Shown here one piece after another: positions 13,446 through 26,908 of a stretch of DNA of 64,000 bases (position 1 is the first letter of the stretch; every line of letters starts with the position of its first letter). The notes below the pieces were generated by a model, which made no database searches, was not told the DNA's origin, and was given only the letters and a program-made list of their open reading frames with translations. The stretch covers positions 99,200,001 to 99,264,000 of the forward strand of contig OX597819.1 in assembly GCA_951406725.2 (NCBI GenBank), in the 5' to 3' direction. Source of the DNA: Octopus vulgaris. Lineage: Eukaryota. The translations under genes were made by a program, and so were the position numbers.

Positions 13446-13535
13446 ACTAAGCTCTGATGAAGCTATAAGATGATACACAAGCATTCAGCCTATGAGTGCA
13501 TTGCATCTTAAAGCAGAAACATCTCTAAGCTAATG
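13446..13535 (+). ncRNA. Type I hammerhead-like motif
   Basis: AGCT-CTGATGA (13454-60), stem II GCT.TAAGATG/CATCTTA.AGC, GAAAC (13516-20)-ATCTCTA-AGCT. Confidence 0.55.
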
Positions 13536-14801
13536 ATGTTTATTACATTTGTTATTTACGTAAATTATTGCACTCTACTTGACTGACACTTCCTTCCGAA
13601 GCATATATGCATATTGAGCTCTAACTACAGGTTGTTGATTTCCTATGCCTGTCATCTCTTATGTCCCTGCCGTAAGGCTTCACTTTCACACACGCCAGGT
13701 TAATTTAATTTGTCCTTAGTCGAAAGACACCTGTTGTAAATGTCCTGTTGTTTGTATTTGTATTTGTGTACCATTTCTCTTTTTTTTCTTTTCGTCTTTG
13801 TTTTCGTATATATTCGCTGCTTTCTTCCAAAGAATCTAGTGTTCTTAACTTAGATTTTCCTTTGGGCTGGCCAGATTGGAGCAGTCTCGAGTATAACCAG
13901 CCAAAACTGCAAAGATAATCTGGAACTCAATTGAAGAAAGAAAACTCCGAATGACCTGTCCTTGTTTTTTCTTGTCCCTCTTTTGTATCATCTAACTGCC
14001 TGGATGTTTTGCATTCTTGTCCCATTTTTTGTATTCTTTTACATACATACATACATACATAATACATACATACATACATACTGTTGGTACACGATTTCAC
14101 TATATGGTCGATTATTTTTGTTTTAACTTTACATCAAATCAATAGGTCCATGAAATTTCGAGTACATTAAAAATATTCGTTATTTCACATACCATCACCA
14201 TTAATGTGTATTGAAAAACAAGTGACTTGAAACAACTACTGTCTCTGTGTTAGGCATAAAAACAGCTATTTAGAAGGGATGCGGTTAGTCAATAATATAG
14301 ACTCATGGCATTTTATGTTATCGACCTCAGAGGGACGAAAGTCAAAGATGACACCGGCACAATTTGAATTCGGAACGTAAAGAACTGTAAAAGAATTCCC
14401 AAAAGCACATTTTCGGTCGCTCTAATTATTCTGCCAGTTCTCCGCCTTAAGGTGACATGAAATAGTAATAATCATTATCGTTAGTTTCACTTTCCGTTTC
14501 TATTGTTTACTTTACTTCTCTAGCATCCCAATTTTACAATTCCTTTCCATCATATACGTATATATGATAATCGAATTATTATCCTCCTCATTTCAATACA
14601 TTACATTTAAAATTTTGTTAGAGTATTTTGTTTCGTGTTAATAAATAACATCATTAAAAACACATCTCTCGATTTGTTATTATTTATTGATTTACACGGT
14701 GACTTGTGAAACCTATCCCCTGTATAAACCGAGGGACAACTGTGTGTGTGTGTGCGCACGTACATGTATGATCGCTTGTATTTATGTGTATATATAATAT
14801 A

Positions 14802-14841
<40 letters not shown>

Positions 14842-14897
14842 ATGTATGTATGTATGTATTATACGAAGCGACCTGTGTCGATGGTGTCTGTTATTAC

Positions 14898-14955
14898 CAG
14901 TTGGAATAGCTAATAACGTAAAGTAATAATAAATATATCCACTATTTCGTCCCAT
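14898..14955 (-). CDS. Weak candidate alternative first coding exon
   Basis: ATG MGRNSGYIYYYFTLLAIPT then G|GTAATA (phase 1, weak donor). Lies near the edge of the CpG-retaining region. Confidence 0.22.
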
Positions 14956-15075
14956 TATGGCTAGAATCAAGTGGCTCTTCTCCCCACAAAATCCAGCAAC
15001 TACCATACTAATTTCGCCTTTGTTTATATCTGTGTATAAACATTTAATAGGCAAACACATTTGTGAGTCTGTATA

Positions 15076-15107
<32 letters not shown>

Positions 15108-16244
15108 GTGTGTGTGTGTATGAATATGTGATATTTAATTATCATAAGAAAAAAACGTATACGATTTGTGTATTGAGCAGTCTTACACTTCAAAGTCACT
15201 AGAAAAATACACGCACATAAACATTGGCGTGAATGTATGCATAAGCATTTTTCTTTTCTTCCTAGCATACATTGGAATCTCCTACCGAATAGATCGAAGA
15301 CCAGTGCATCTTCGAATTACAATAATGCACCACCACCACCATACACACACACACACGCGCGCGCGCCATCGCACTTGGCATACGGGATGGATTGTTGACC
15401 GAAATCCAGATAAGAATACAAAATACTTTCATATACGTTCTTTATATTTAAGGAAAAATATCCGAAACCCCTCTGTCTCTCTCTCTCTCCACACACACAC
15501 ACAAACATATATCTATGTATGTATATTAAATCAATGCACGAGCAGAGCAAAGCATGCTGCATAATTTCCTCGGCACAAAATGAAGGGTAAATTTATAAAG
15601 TAAGTTTAATATTTAGCTGGTTGCTTTCATTCCCACCCATTTTCTGTAATTAAATCTAGATCACAACAACGACCTGCGATGCTGTGAGAAGGAAAATCTA
15701 AGATCTAAATACAACAGCAGCAGGAAGCCAACAAGTGAGCCTGTATGTGGTGATCTAATCTGCTAGAAATAGCAACCAAATATAGCATAAATCAGACGAC
15801 TGTCTTTAAAAAATAAGTGTATTTAGTCTTTAATACAATTGATATTTGAATAACAGACGTGATGGTCATGGTTGGAATATCTTTGATCAAAGATTTGCTC
15901 GGTAGTTAAACAACAATAATAGGAGCATCAATATAGTTGCTGCTGTTGTTGTTGATGATGATGCTGATGATACAGCTGTTGATAACGATGCGGTGATGCT
16001 GATCATGAAGATGATGATGATGATCATCATCATCACCATCATCATCAGAATTATCAAGATCCTCCTCTTCATCAACATCACTATCATCATCATCAACAAC
16101 AACAACAGTAGCAGCTGTATCCGATATCAAAGACTAAATGGAGCAGACGGTAATTTTTTTTTTGTTTTTTTTTTGAGCAAACACCACAAACAAAAACAGT
16201 GTGACTAAAGAAATCCATGCAGGAAAGAGACATGCTTCTCTTAC

Positions 16245-16374
16245 CAAAATATGTACATGACATTTTTTTCTTCTCTTCCTCTTCGTCATCATGTCGTCTG
16301 CAATGTACCAACAGAGTCAGACCGACGGAGAATATGTAGAGAATAATGAATAAGGAGACTCGAATAGAAGCCAT
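16245..16374 (-). CDS. Candidate first coding exon of a secreted or membrane protein
   Basis: AATCATGG start context; MASIRVSLFIILYIFSVGLTLLVHC-RRHDDEEEEKKKMSCTYF has signal-peptide n/h/c architecture; ends at a G|GTAAGA donor (phase 1); sequence is non-repetitive. Confidence 0.5.
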
Positions 16375-16891
16375 GATTATTATTGATCTAGCAACGGGAC
16401 CCGTATGTTGCACACGGTGTTTCACAAAATAATGACTCTCGTGAAATAATTACACATAATTGTACCAGGGTATCAGTATTTCTATTTTATTTTTACTTTC
16501 TCTCTCTCTCTTTTAATGATCCTTGTCTAAAGCATATTAATACTAACTAAACCATTATTTTATCTATCTCCCTCAACAACTTGTTTTTTAATATATTATA
16601 ATGTTATTGATTTAAAAAGGGATATGTTACTTATAAACGGTGTTTGATGAAATAATGTCCCTGTTAAAGTAAAAGACATGTACCAGGTAGTATTATTTTG
16701 ATAGTAGACGTTGCTGTCATGGTTCGATGATCAAGATCAACATGATCAAAATTAACAGTATATGGCTATATTAGATCAAAGAGCGTCGATGTAGTTGCTT
16801 GATCTGCTAGAAACAACAGGTAAATCTCACGCGAATCATAAGTGTGATGGTCATGACTGAAAGGCATTTGATGATAAGTATATTGTACACA

Positions 16892-17312
16892 GCGAGCTGG
16901 CAGAAACGTTAGCACGCCGGGCGAAATGCGTAGCCGCATTTCGTCTGCCGCTACGTTCTGAGTTCGAATTCCGCCGCGGTCGACTTTGCCTTTCATCCTT
17001 TCGGGGTCGATAGATTAAGTACCAGTTACACAATGGCGTCGATGTAATCGACTTAATCCGTTTGTCTGTTCTTGTTTGTCCCCCCCCCCCCCTGTGTTTA
17101 GCCCCTTGTGTGTTGTATAGAAATAGGTATTTCGTCTGCCGCTACTTTCTGAGTTCAAATTCCGCCGAGGTCGACTTTGCCTTTCATCCTTTCGGGGTCG
17201 ATTAAATAAGTACCAGTTACGCACTGGGGTCGATATAATCGACTTAATCCGTTTGTCTGTCCCTGTTTAGCCCCTCTGTGTGTAGCCCCTTATGGGCAAT
17301 AAAGAAATAAGA
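16892..17312 (+). mobile_element. tRNA-derived SINE family B (partial dimer)
   Basis: GCGAGCTGGCAGAAACGTTAGCACGCCGGGCGAAATGC...GAGTTCGAATTCC...GTCGACTTTGCCTTTCATCCTTTCGGGGTCGAT..AAGTACCAG, with the core present twice. Other copies at ~12585, 14270, 23921, 29381, 30125, 31748, 43345 and 50220-51320. Confidence 0.9.
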
Positions 17313-17436
17313 AATGCCAAAGGGACGAAGCAGCACAACTGTGGATCATGAGCTGAAGTGTGTTCGTTGGTGAAGTGCAACTCAACTAAGTGACTCTTCT
17401 CTAGATGAAATCTAGGATTTCTTTGTAAGTAGTAAC

Positions 17437-17483
<47 letters not shown>

Positions 17484-17514
17484 CAGCAGCAGCAGCGTTG
17501 TTCCAGAAAGGCTT

Positions 17515-18355
17515 CACTAGAGTCTCAGCAGTTGTTGGGAGCTGAGATATCCTCTGGCCCTAATCGAGAGGACTGGTCTTTGGTATGCGGTCCTAGCTAT
17601 GTTAATGATGTTCTTTCGGTAGGGGAGACCCTCGTTGATGGTGAGATCCAACATTTAAAGCGACTGTGAAGGTTCTAGTTGAGTGCAACCCATGTTTAGA
17701 AGGATTGTAGTACAATGTTTTTTTTTAATTGTTTTTTATTATTCCGCTGTTAAAAAAGACAGTTGGCATGGCCCTACCAGAGGATTCTCTCAAGATCTCT
17801 CGCTATAAAATTAATGCACATTTGAAGTGTTAATGTCTAAGATGATTATGGACGATAGCTGATTAAAGAAAGATAGAGATAATTGAAGGGTCGTGTCTTC
17901 AACATACTAATGAACGGTGTTGGATGTGACGGATAGTAGGTCATTGATATATAGTAGAAAGAAAGTGGGCGACAAAATTGAACCCTTGGGAACGCTTTGC
18001 TGATTGTGAGTGAAGAAGAAAGAGCTACAATAATGCACAGTGCGATCTGATAGGAAGCTACATCAAAGCGATGAGAGATAAGCGGAGTCTATAGGCGGTA
18101 AGTTTTGATAGGTGATTTGCAAACCAGACACGGTCGAAAGCTTTACAGGAGTTTAGAGAAACCATATTGTTTTCCCTGAACTTCTCTGAAGTTGGAACCT
18201 ACTGGTGAATGACATAAGAAAGTAGGCCTTCAATGGAAATGACTGTGTGGAAGCCGTACTGATGGTCACTGAGAAGAGAAATTCAAGGTGCTGGACAACA
18301 TTATCATTAATGGCTTTCTTCATTACCTTGGGGTAGTTAAATGTACGAGCAATGG
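17515..18355 (-). mobile_element. Decayed CR1/L2-group LINE reverse transcriptase fragment
   Basis: Minus-strand remnants DHQYGF, KAFDRVW, VPKGSILSPTFFLLYINDL, YVEDTTL and IRARGYLSSQQLLRL. Confidence 0.8.
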
Positions 18356-18359
18356 AAAT

Positions 18360-18530
18360 ATACATTTTTTAGATTATTTACATTATTTACGTTTGACAGA
18401 TATTTATCCTCATCTTGTTTGTTGTTAACACAACGTTTCGGCTGATATACCCTCCAGCCTTCACCAGGTGTCTTTGGGAAATTTCGAACCTGGGTTCTCA
18501 TTCCTAAGGTATTTTTCGATGTTGTTGTTG

Positions 18531-18578
<48 letters not shown>

Positions 18579-18650
18579 TGGTCACTGCCTTGAATCGAAC
18601 TCGGAATCTTGGGATTAGTAGCCCGCGCTCTTAACCATTACACCATATGC
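18360..18650 (-). mobile_element. tRNA-headed SINE carrying a hammerhead ribozyme motif
   Basis: Head TGGTGTAATGGTTAAGAGCGCGGGC...GAGTTCGATTC, then (AAT)n, then GACAC-CTGGTGA-AGGCTG..CAGCC-GAAACGTT-GTGTT (18427-18472), then a (TAAATAATG) tail. Confidence 0.8.
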
Positions 18651-19073
18651 TCGTAGTGGTATAGATTCGTGAGTTATTAGACAAATGGAAGTCCACAGCA
18701 TCCAACAAGCACGTAATATACGAAATATTTAACCTTAGCAACGAGAAATAATTATGCATCTAGGATAATATAAATATTATGATTGTTTAGATAGTATACC
18801 GTGAATTATCTTTCATCAGTCGATGTTATTATTTACTATTTTTCTCGGATGCCAACTTTATCTTTTAATATTTTGAATTTATTCTCCTTTTCTTTTGCAT
18901 GCTCTTTATCTCTCATTTTCATTTTTTTACTCATCTCTCTCCTCTCTCTCTCTTATTCAGCCAGCCTATTTTCTTTATTCTCTGTATCTATGCACACAGA
19001 CAGACAGATAGACTCACACACATACACACACACACACACACAGGTATATAAATAATACGTAAAAGCAGAAAGA

Positions 19074-19118
<45 letters not shown>

Positions 19119-21254
19119 TACATTTTAAATGAGTAGGCGCAATATGAATAGTTAAGAAGTTTGTTTCACAGTCATGAGGTCCCAGCTTCAATCTCACTGA
19201 GTGACATCATGGGCAGGTGACATTTTCTATTGTCTCTTGCGGATACTGCCTTGTGGGTGGAATATAGTAGATGAAAACTGTGTGGAAACCTGTCTGTTGT
19301 ATTTTACCACTAATTTTATCACGCACTGTGCCACGCTAATTCTGTCGGAGAATTAAACTAAGGATACAAGTACCTGTCGAAAACTATGTCACTTACACAC
19401 TCATTCAAAGACCCTTCATCGAAGAACTAAAAACCCATGGTAGGAAATTCTGATTGAAATCCATTCACGTTTCATGCTCTCACGATCTCCAGGTGAGAAT
19501 TGTTACAACTCGCTGTGGACGTTTATTTATATCCGTTGGTGTGTATGTGATCTCTTATTCGTCTCTGTTGACTTAATTTTTCTTGTCTATTTGTTGATTT
19601 TGTGTGTTTTGGTTGGCTGTTCTTTTTTTTAGCAGGTTGTTTACTGGTATTTTTATTATTATTAAATTTGTAGCTTAGTGGTGTGTTTAGGTGCTTTGTT
19701 ATTTTCGTCTTTCTCGAAATTATTGGGAAATTTATTTATCACGTTATATAATTGTCAAGTAAGCTCACGAAGGTTGTTTGTTAGGGATGGGTGTATGCGT
19801 GTTAATACGCTTATGTTCTAGCCTGTTTCTTTCTTTAGAAAGAAGTTTGTTTCGGGAAGTGTCTCGGATTTTATTCATAAATGCCACGAAAAGATTTATG
19901 TTTTGGGGTGGATTTGGAAATGTGTTTTTGTGATCGATCATATTTGAATTCCGCATTGAGTGTATATATCTTGCACCAATTATTAGTGTTTGTGTAACTT
20001 TATTGATGAATTTCTGTGTGCCTTTATTTGTATTTGTATATGTATGCATGTGTTTTTAATCAAGGTTTGCTTTTATTTGGCGCTATGCGGCAGCTCTCTG
20101 GTAACATGGATTAGTTGCCCTCGAGCTGTTATATTTTATTCCTTCCTACCTACCTACCTACCTACCTACCTACCTACCTATATATACTTGTTTGCACATA
20201 TATGCATGTATACATATATATGTATATATATAAGTATATATATATTTATGTATATATATATATTTATCTATTTATGTTCCATAAATCCCATCAATTTTGT
20301 TAAGAATGGAGGAAACAAGTTGTTAAAATTTATAAGAAGTTTAATTCTTGCAGACGATCGTTCCGTACAGAGATATAATAATATAAATTCACGATTGAAT
20401 AAAATAAAATAAATACCTGCATACTCTTCAGTGCAGAAAGGAAAGAAGCCATGATACAAGGAAGTTAAAAAGGAATAGAGCAGAAAAAAATTGGATCTAG
20501 GACATTCATATTTGTATCCGTGTGAGAAAGAGATGGGAGTCATGTCAGATATTGAACCATAACTAACGGCTTCAACGGTTATTTGAAGATATAAGTAAAG
20601 AGGTATCGGAGACGTTCCACTTATAGATGAGTATGGAAGTTAGAATTATAGCTCTGTATATGTTGCGTAGGGCAAGTAAGTAGTAGAAATGTCCAATGGG
20701 AAGACAATACCAAATTTAAATTGAAATTAAAACTAACAGTTGAAAGCAGTACGTAGTATAATATATTTTTAAAAAATCTATACAGAAGGATGAAGTTTAG
20801 CGTGAAGAAGTGGTATACGAGAAGCTAATACTAGATAGTTAACGTAAACAAATGGCAAGAAATAGAGGAATGAGAATGTGTTAAAGAGAGAAGATGATGT
20901 ATATAAAGAACTGGTGTTTACATAAAAAAAATCATATTACTAACAAGTATTAAAATAAAGGAGAAAATAAGTAAAAACAGAGAAGTAATTATTAATATTA
21001 CATTTAAAGTAGTATGTGCTTGCGGAGTTTATAAAGATAAAACTGTGAATTTAAAAATAATAATATGAAGTTAGAAAGTCCAAAGTAAATGTAGGGGAGA
21101 TAAATGAGCGGAGAAAGAGATGAGTAGAAAAATATAAATTTGGATAAGGATGTGTGGGTTATACAGAAGGTGTATTTCAGTATATATAAAAGGTGTTATG
21201 AACACCTCTAATAAAAATTAAAAAAAAATAGAACTCTACAAAAAAGACTACATA

Positions 21255-21392
21255 TTTTTTTTAAAAACCAAGGATTATCTATTACCATTCAAAACGATAA
21301 CAACTCTGTTAACTTCCTAGACGTCAACTTCAACCCTTATACTTCTACCCAGCAACCTTACCATAGACCTAACGCCAATATTACATTTCCCT
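21255..21392 (+). mobile_element. Penelope-like element RT fragment
   Basis: NQGLSITIQNDNNSVNFLDVNFNPYTSTQQPYHRPN resembles the PLE RT 'L.ITI....VNFLDV......Y.PY.KP' block. Confidence 0.65.
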
Positions 21393-21744
21393 ATGCTGCA
21401 CGAATATCTTATATCTTTTTATCTTGTATTCTCTTCCTCATCTTTTCTCTTTCTTATTATCCTTCTTTCTTTGATGTTACACTTGCACCCATTCTCCCTA
21501 ATTAAGGACTCTGTGAATGTTATGTTTTTACTGTTACTCAGTTTTGATTACCTTCCTCACTGATCAGAAAGCCTACTTCATTGTCATCGTTTGTCTCGCG
21601 TAGTTAATTTATCGCTGCCATATCATAAGTTTATCTCACTAATCCATATGAAAGCGCACAACATCGTTCAAAGGATTTTTAAAAACATTGCATACAGTTG
21701 CATAAAATTTTGTTTATATCTGTCCCAGCATGATGATGGTTTAC

Positions 21745-21827
<83 letters not shown>

Positions 21828-21998
21828 CCCTACCTAGTATTGAAACGATCGTAACAGAATATTAAATGTGATACCAATATATTCCTTCCTTTATTTGTCA
21901 CAGTCATACATACATGCATGCATACATACATACATACATACATACATACATACATACGTACGTACGTACGTACGTACATACATATTATATATTATGTA

Positions 21999-22064
<66 letters not shown>

Positions 22065-22238
22065 GTGTCTGTATATAAATGTATGCTTATACGTATATAT
22101 ATGCATATGTACTTACATGTGTTGGTGTCTGTGTGTGTTTGTGTAGATACACAAATTATCGTTTATCGATATATACATGATGTAAATACGGATGCATAGA
22201 CAATCGCATACATATTTATGCACGAGTAAACATTCGTT

Positions 22239-22733
22239 CGAGGTCTGATCAAAAAGTATTATGACAAGTGCTATAAAAAGAAAACTACGTCATATATCAA
22301 TTCCGCGTTCAGTCTTTGAAGCAATCTCTTTCTGAAGCCATTCACTTTATCCAGCAACGTTTCTATTGACGGCATTCCTGGAACTCTTTTGGGGAGTATA
22401 GCGAGGAACTACCTTGTCATATTTACTTGGATTTCGTCGATGTCTTGAATCTGAAAAGATAGAGCCTTGGTTGGTGGCCATAGATTTCGGCTTCCTTCAC
22501 ACAAACAAGGAAATCCTACGCAGCTGAAATCTGAAATCATCCTTTTGAGACGACCGTACTCTACACATTTTACTTCTAAGCACTGCTATAAGCCACGTAA
22601 GTGATCGCGAGTGTTATAACTTAACGTGTATACACGACTGTATACAAGTTCAATATTTGCTAAGCGGCTTCGGTCTGCGTATATTAATTCCGTTACCATA
22701 ACAACAATCCCAATACTTTTTGATCAGACCATG
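22239..22733 (-). mobile_element. Mariner-derived non-autonomous element
   Basis: TIRs GGTCTGATCAAAAAGTATT / AATACTTTTTGATCAGACC; a C-terminal transposase remnant lies on the minus strand. Confidence 0.75.
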
Positions 22734-22851
22734 TCTATGTATGTATGTATGTATGTATGTATGTATGTATGTATGTATGTATGTATGTATGTATGTATGT
22801 GTGTGTATGTATATATGTATGTATGTATGTGTGTATGTATGCAATGTGTAT

Positions 22852-22883
<32 letters not shown>

Positions 22884-23078
22884 TCAACAATTGAGGGTAA
22901 AATTAATTAGTTATTAGTCAATTTCACCAAAGTAGTGTTCAGTATGTAAAAGGACCATTTAAGGCGAATTCAAAATATTACATTATATAATTAGGGCTTA
23001 GTAAAATAAAATAAATTACTTTGCCACACAAGTTCAGTATGTGGCAAAGTAATTTATTTTATTTTACTAAGACCTAAT

Positions 23079-23109
<31 letters not shown>

Positions 23110-23212
23110 ATTAATCAATATAGGGTGGCAAAAAATTCAGCAGAAATTATTTGCCACAGCGGCCTAGTGGGAAAAAAAGTAAATAGTCAGAGACTATTAA
23201 TAAATTCAACAG

Positions 23213-23255
<43 letters not shown>

Positions 23256-23258
<3 letters not shown>

Positions 23259-23918
23259 GGTGCGATAGGTAAATTGTCGCTGTTTTATATTTCTAATTTC
23301 GTGCATGTACATTGTTTGTTTTTGATTTTCTCGACTACACAGTATAGTAGGTTCAGTTGGGCAACATCTGTGAGAAAAACAGCACCATTCATTTTCTCAC
23401 ACGGCCTCAGACTCAACACGAAGACCTAGATCAAGTGTCTGGAGGAGGTAGTTCTGCCCTGGGTCAAGAGGGTGACTGCTGAAAAATCCTATGTCTGGCA
23501 ACAGGATTCTGCCCCATGCCACACAAGCAGGAGAACCCAGTCATGGCTGTCAGACAAATCCTGCGACCATATCCCCCCTAACATCTGGCCACCTAACTCC
23601 TCAGACTGCTGCCCCTTGATTACTATCTATGGGGCATAGGTGAACGACAGACCAACAAAACTCCTTGTAACACCAAAGATGAACTGAAGGCAAGGGTTAT
23701 GGCAGCATTGACCAACTTAAACAAGGAGACTGTCCAGAAGAGTTGCAGAAGATTCCGAAGTCGGCTGGAGGCCGTGGTTAAAGCAATTTTATTGAATAAA
23801 TTTACTCTTTAGCATATCAAGATATTTTTATGTAATTTTGGTAAATATATCTGTTAAAATGAGATGTTAGTGTTATTTTCATTTTTGTGCAATTTAGACG
23901 AAAATTTATTCACCCTTC
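23256..23918 (+). mobile_element. Internally deleted Tc1/mariner element, maT (DD37D)-type
   Basis: TA|CAGGGTG end. VWQQDSAPCH...WPPNSSDC.PLDYYLW gives 37 residues between the 2nd and 3rd Asp once a 1-nt deletion is restored. Confidence 0.8.
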
Positions 23919-23920
23919 AA

Positions 23921-24348
23921 GACGGCGAGCTGACAGAAACGTTAGCACGCCGGGCGAAATGCGTAGCCGTATTTCGTCTGCCGTTACGTTCTGAGTTCAA
24001 ATTCCGCAGAGGTCGATTTTGCCTTTAATCCTTTCAGGGTCGATTAAATAAGTACCAGTTACGCACTGGGGTCGATATAATCGACTTAATCCGTTTATCT
24101 GTCCTTGTTTGTCTCCTCTGTGTTTAGCTCCTTGTGGGCAATAAAGAAATAAGAAACGTTAGCACACCTGGTGCTATACTCAGTGGTATTTCGTCTGTCT
24201 TTACGTTCTGAGTACAAAGTCCGTCGAGGTTGACTTTGCCTTTCATCCTTTCGGGGTCGATAAAGTACCATTTGCGTACTGGGGTCGATCTAATCGACTG
24301 GCCCTCCCCACCAAATTTCAGGCCTTGTGCCTAGAGTAGAAAAGAATA
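23921..24348 (+). mobile_element. SINE family B dimer
   Basis: Same head and core as 16892, with the core repeated. Confidence 0.9.
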
Positions 24349-24602
24349 TATTCATCGCACATTGTACATACATACATACATACATACATACATACATACA
24401 TACATACATACATAACTATGTGTGTGTGTGTGTGTGCATACGCATTCACACACACACACAAATAAATAGATGTCTGCATACATATATACAAATATGCATA
24501 CATGTATACATATACATACATACAATTACAGTCATTCTCAGAAGCATACACCCATTCATGTATACATATATACACCAACATTCATGCTCACATATCTGTC
24601 TG

Positions 24603-24651
<49 letters not shown>

Positions 24652-25416
24652 TTTTCTCACACACACAAAACTCTTTTCCCTCCATATAACATGTTTAGTG
24701 GAATATGAATTTAAAATTTGCGACAATTTAACACGAGGGCATAATGCGGCGGAGTTCAGAACATTAATATTGAGGTGTATGAGAAGTTAGGTTAATGTGT
24801 GCGAGAAATCTTTTTTCTGTTCTTCATATGCTTATTATTAAAAGTTGTATCAGACACCAGCATGCGTGACAAATTATAGGATAGTGACAGAAAGTTCCTT
24901 CATACAGTGATTTTGTTGAGTACGGTTTCTACATTCAAGTGAAGTTGAAGAGAGAGAGAGAGATTGTGTGTGCTTATATGTGTATGCGTAATGAATGAAT
25001 GCAAGTGTTGGCTGCCATAAAGTAATCCTTAAGCTAATACGAATTGGATTGTTTGTGCTGTGGGATTTTCATATTTTGCAAGCCTGGCTGATGTCATCAA
25101 CTAAAATTCAATAGAACTTGAAATGAAAGCATGACATTTTCCTTTTGGCTTCACTCTCAGATGTGGTTTTTTTCTTTCTCTGGCTGACTGATTTCCAATT
25201 AGCAACTTTGATTCGTAGGTTTAATGCTGAAGCTAGTATTCAGTTTGAAAGATCCGGCTGTGTTTAAGGACATATTCGTGACTGCGAAATACCACACCAG
25301 AAATAATGAACCATCAAATCGATGTGGTGAGCGGCTACATAATGTATACATACATACATACATACATACATACATACATACACGTAGTCACTCACGCACG
25401 CATACACAAACACACA

Positions 25417-25461
<45 letters not shown>

Positions 25462-25585
25462 TCTCACACATCATATATGATAATGGTAGTTTCACGTAGT
25501 CCGAGAAAAACGAATCTGCAATTTCTTGTTCTATAATCTACACACATGATTATATATATATAGATATATATACATACATATACAC

Positions 25586-25670
<85 letters not shown>

Positions 25671-26908
25671 CGTATATATATATATATATATATATTGTAT
25701 ATAAGAAAAAGGGACAGGCAAACAGGTTGCTTGACCGCATACCGAAAAAATAGAAATAGCAGTCACGAATGCTTATTTCTATCAAAGTTGTCGAGGGAAG
25801 ATTTACGAATTCAAACGTCTATGTAGTTTTAGCTTTTGCTCACTTTCTTCAAATATTTTGATGTCGCATGGCCAGAAGGTTTGAGGTACGTAGCATTTGA
25901 TAAATCTATGATAAATCTTTTTCAATGGAAAGCTGTGCTGAAGAAGGATGTGAAATATATATGCAATGTATATGAAATATATATCAAAAATATATATGGA
26001 ATATATATTCAATATGTTTATAATCCAGAAACATGATGTTCACAGATAACCGCCAGACTTCGTTTTCGTTATCTATTCCTTCTGTTTTGCATATGTGAAT
26101 TACAGGGTTTGTCATGCCCGGAGTCCAACTTTGATAGAAATAAGCATTCTTGACTGCTATTTCTATTTTTTCGGTATGCGGTCAAGCAACCTGTTTGCCT
26201 GTCCCTTTTTCTTATATACAATATATATACTGAACTTTACAGAAGTTCCTGCCGGTAATCGGCTATATTTACATACCGAATTCTACCAGTAAATAATTGG
26301 GTTTTTTAAAAGCCTTTATAGAAATTATTTACTCTTATTATTATATATATATATGTATGTATACATATATGTATGTATATATGTATGTATGTGTGTGCAT
26401 ATGTTTATGTGTTTGTCCCTAAAATCGCTTGACAACCGATGCTGGTGTGTTTACGTCCCCGTAATTTAGCGGTTCGGCAAAAGAGACCGATAGAATTAGT
26501 ACTAGGCTTACAAAGAATAAGTCCTGGGGTTGATTCCTTCGACTAAAGGCGGTGGTCCAGCATGGCTAAAGTCAAATGACTGAAAGTAATTGAATAACAC
26601 AAGTCCAAGTACACTCGGTAACAACACTGAGGCCATCAGTAAAATAATGCGGAAGACCTAACTGTGGTATATACGTCAACCCAATTGAGTGATCGGAGTT
26701 TTCATTCAAACAGGGCCAACGCTTTACAGTGAAAAACAACTTCACATGTGCTTCGAAAAATCTAATATATACATATTAACTTGCTGAGGGTGTCGAGAGC
26801 AATACATTGCCCAAACCAAAAACAGTCTACGCCAAAGGATGACGCTACATAGATCCCAGATTAAAATTCAGGAATACAGAAAAATAGCACTCAGCGAACT
26901 AACTGGCA

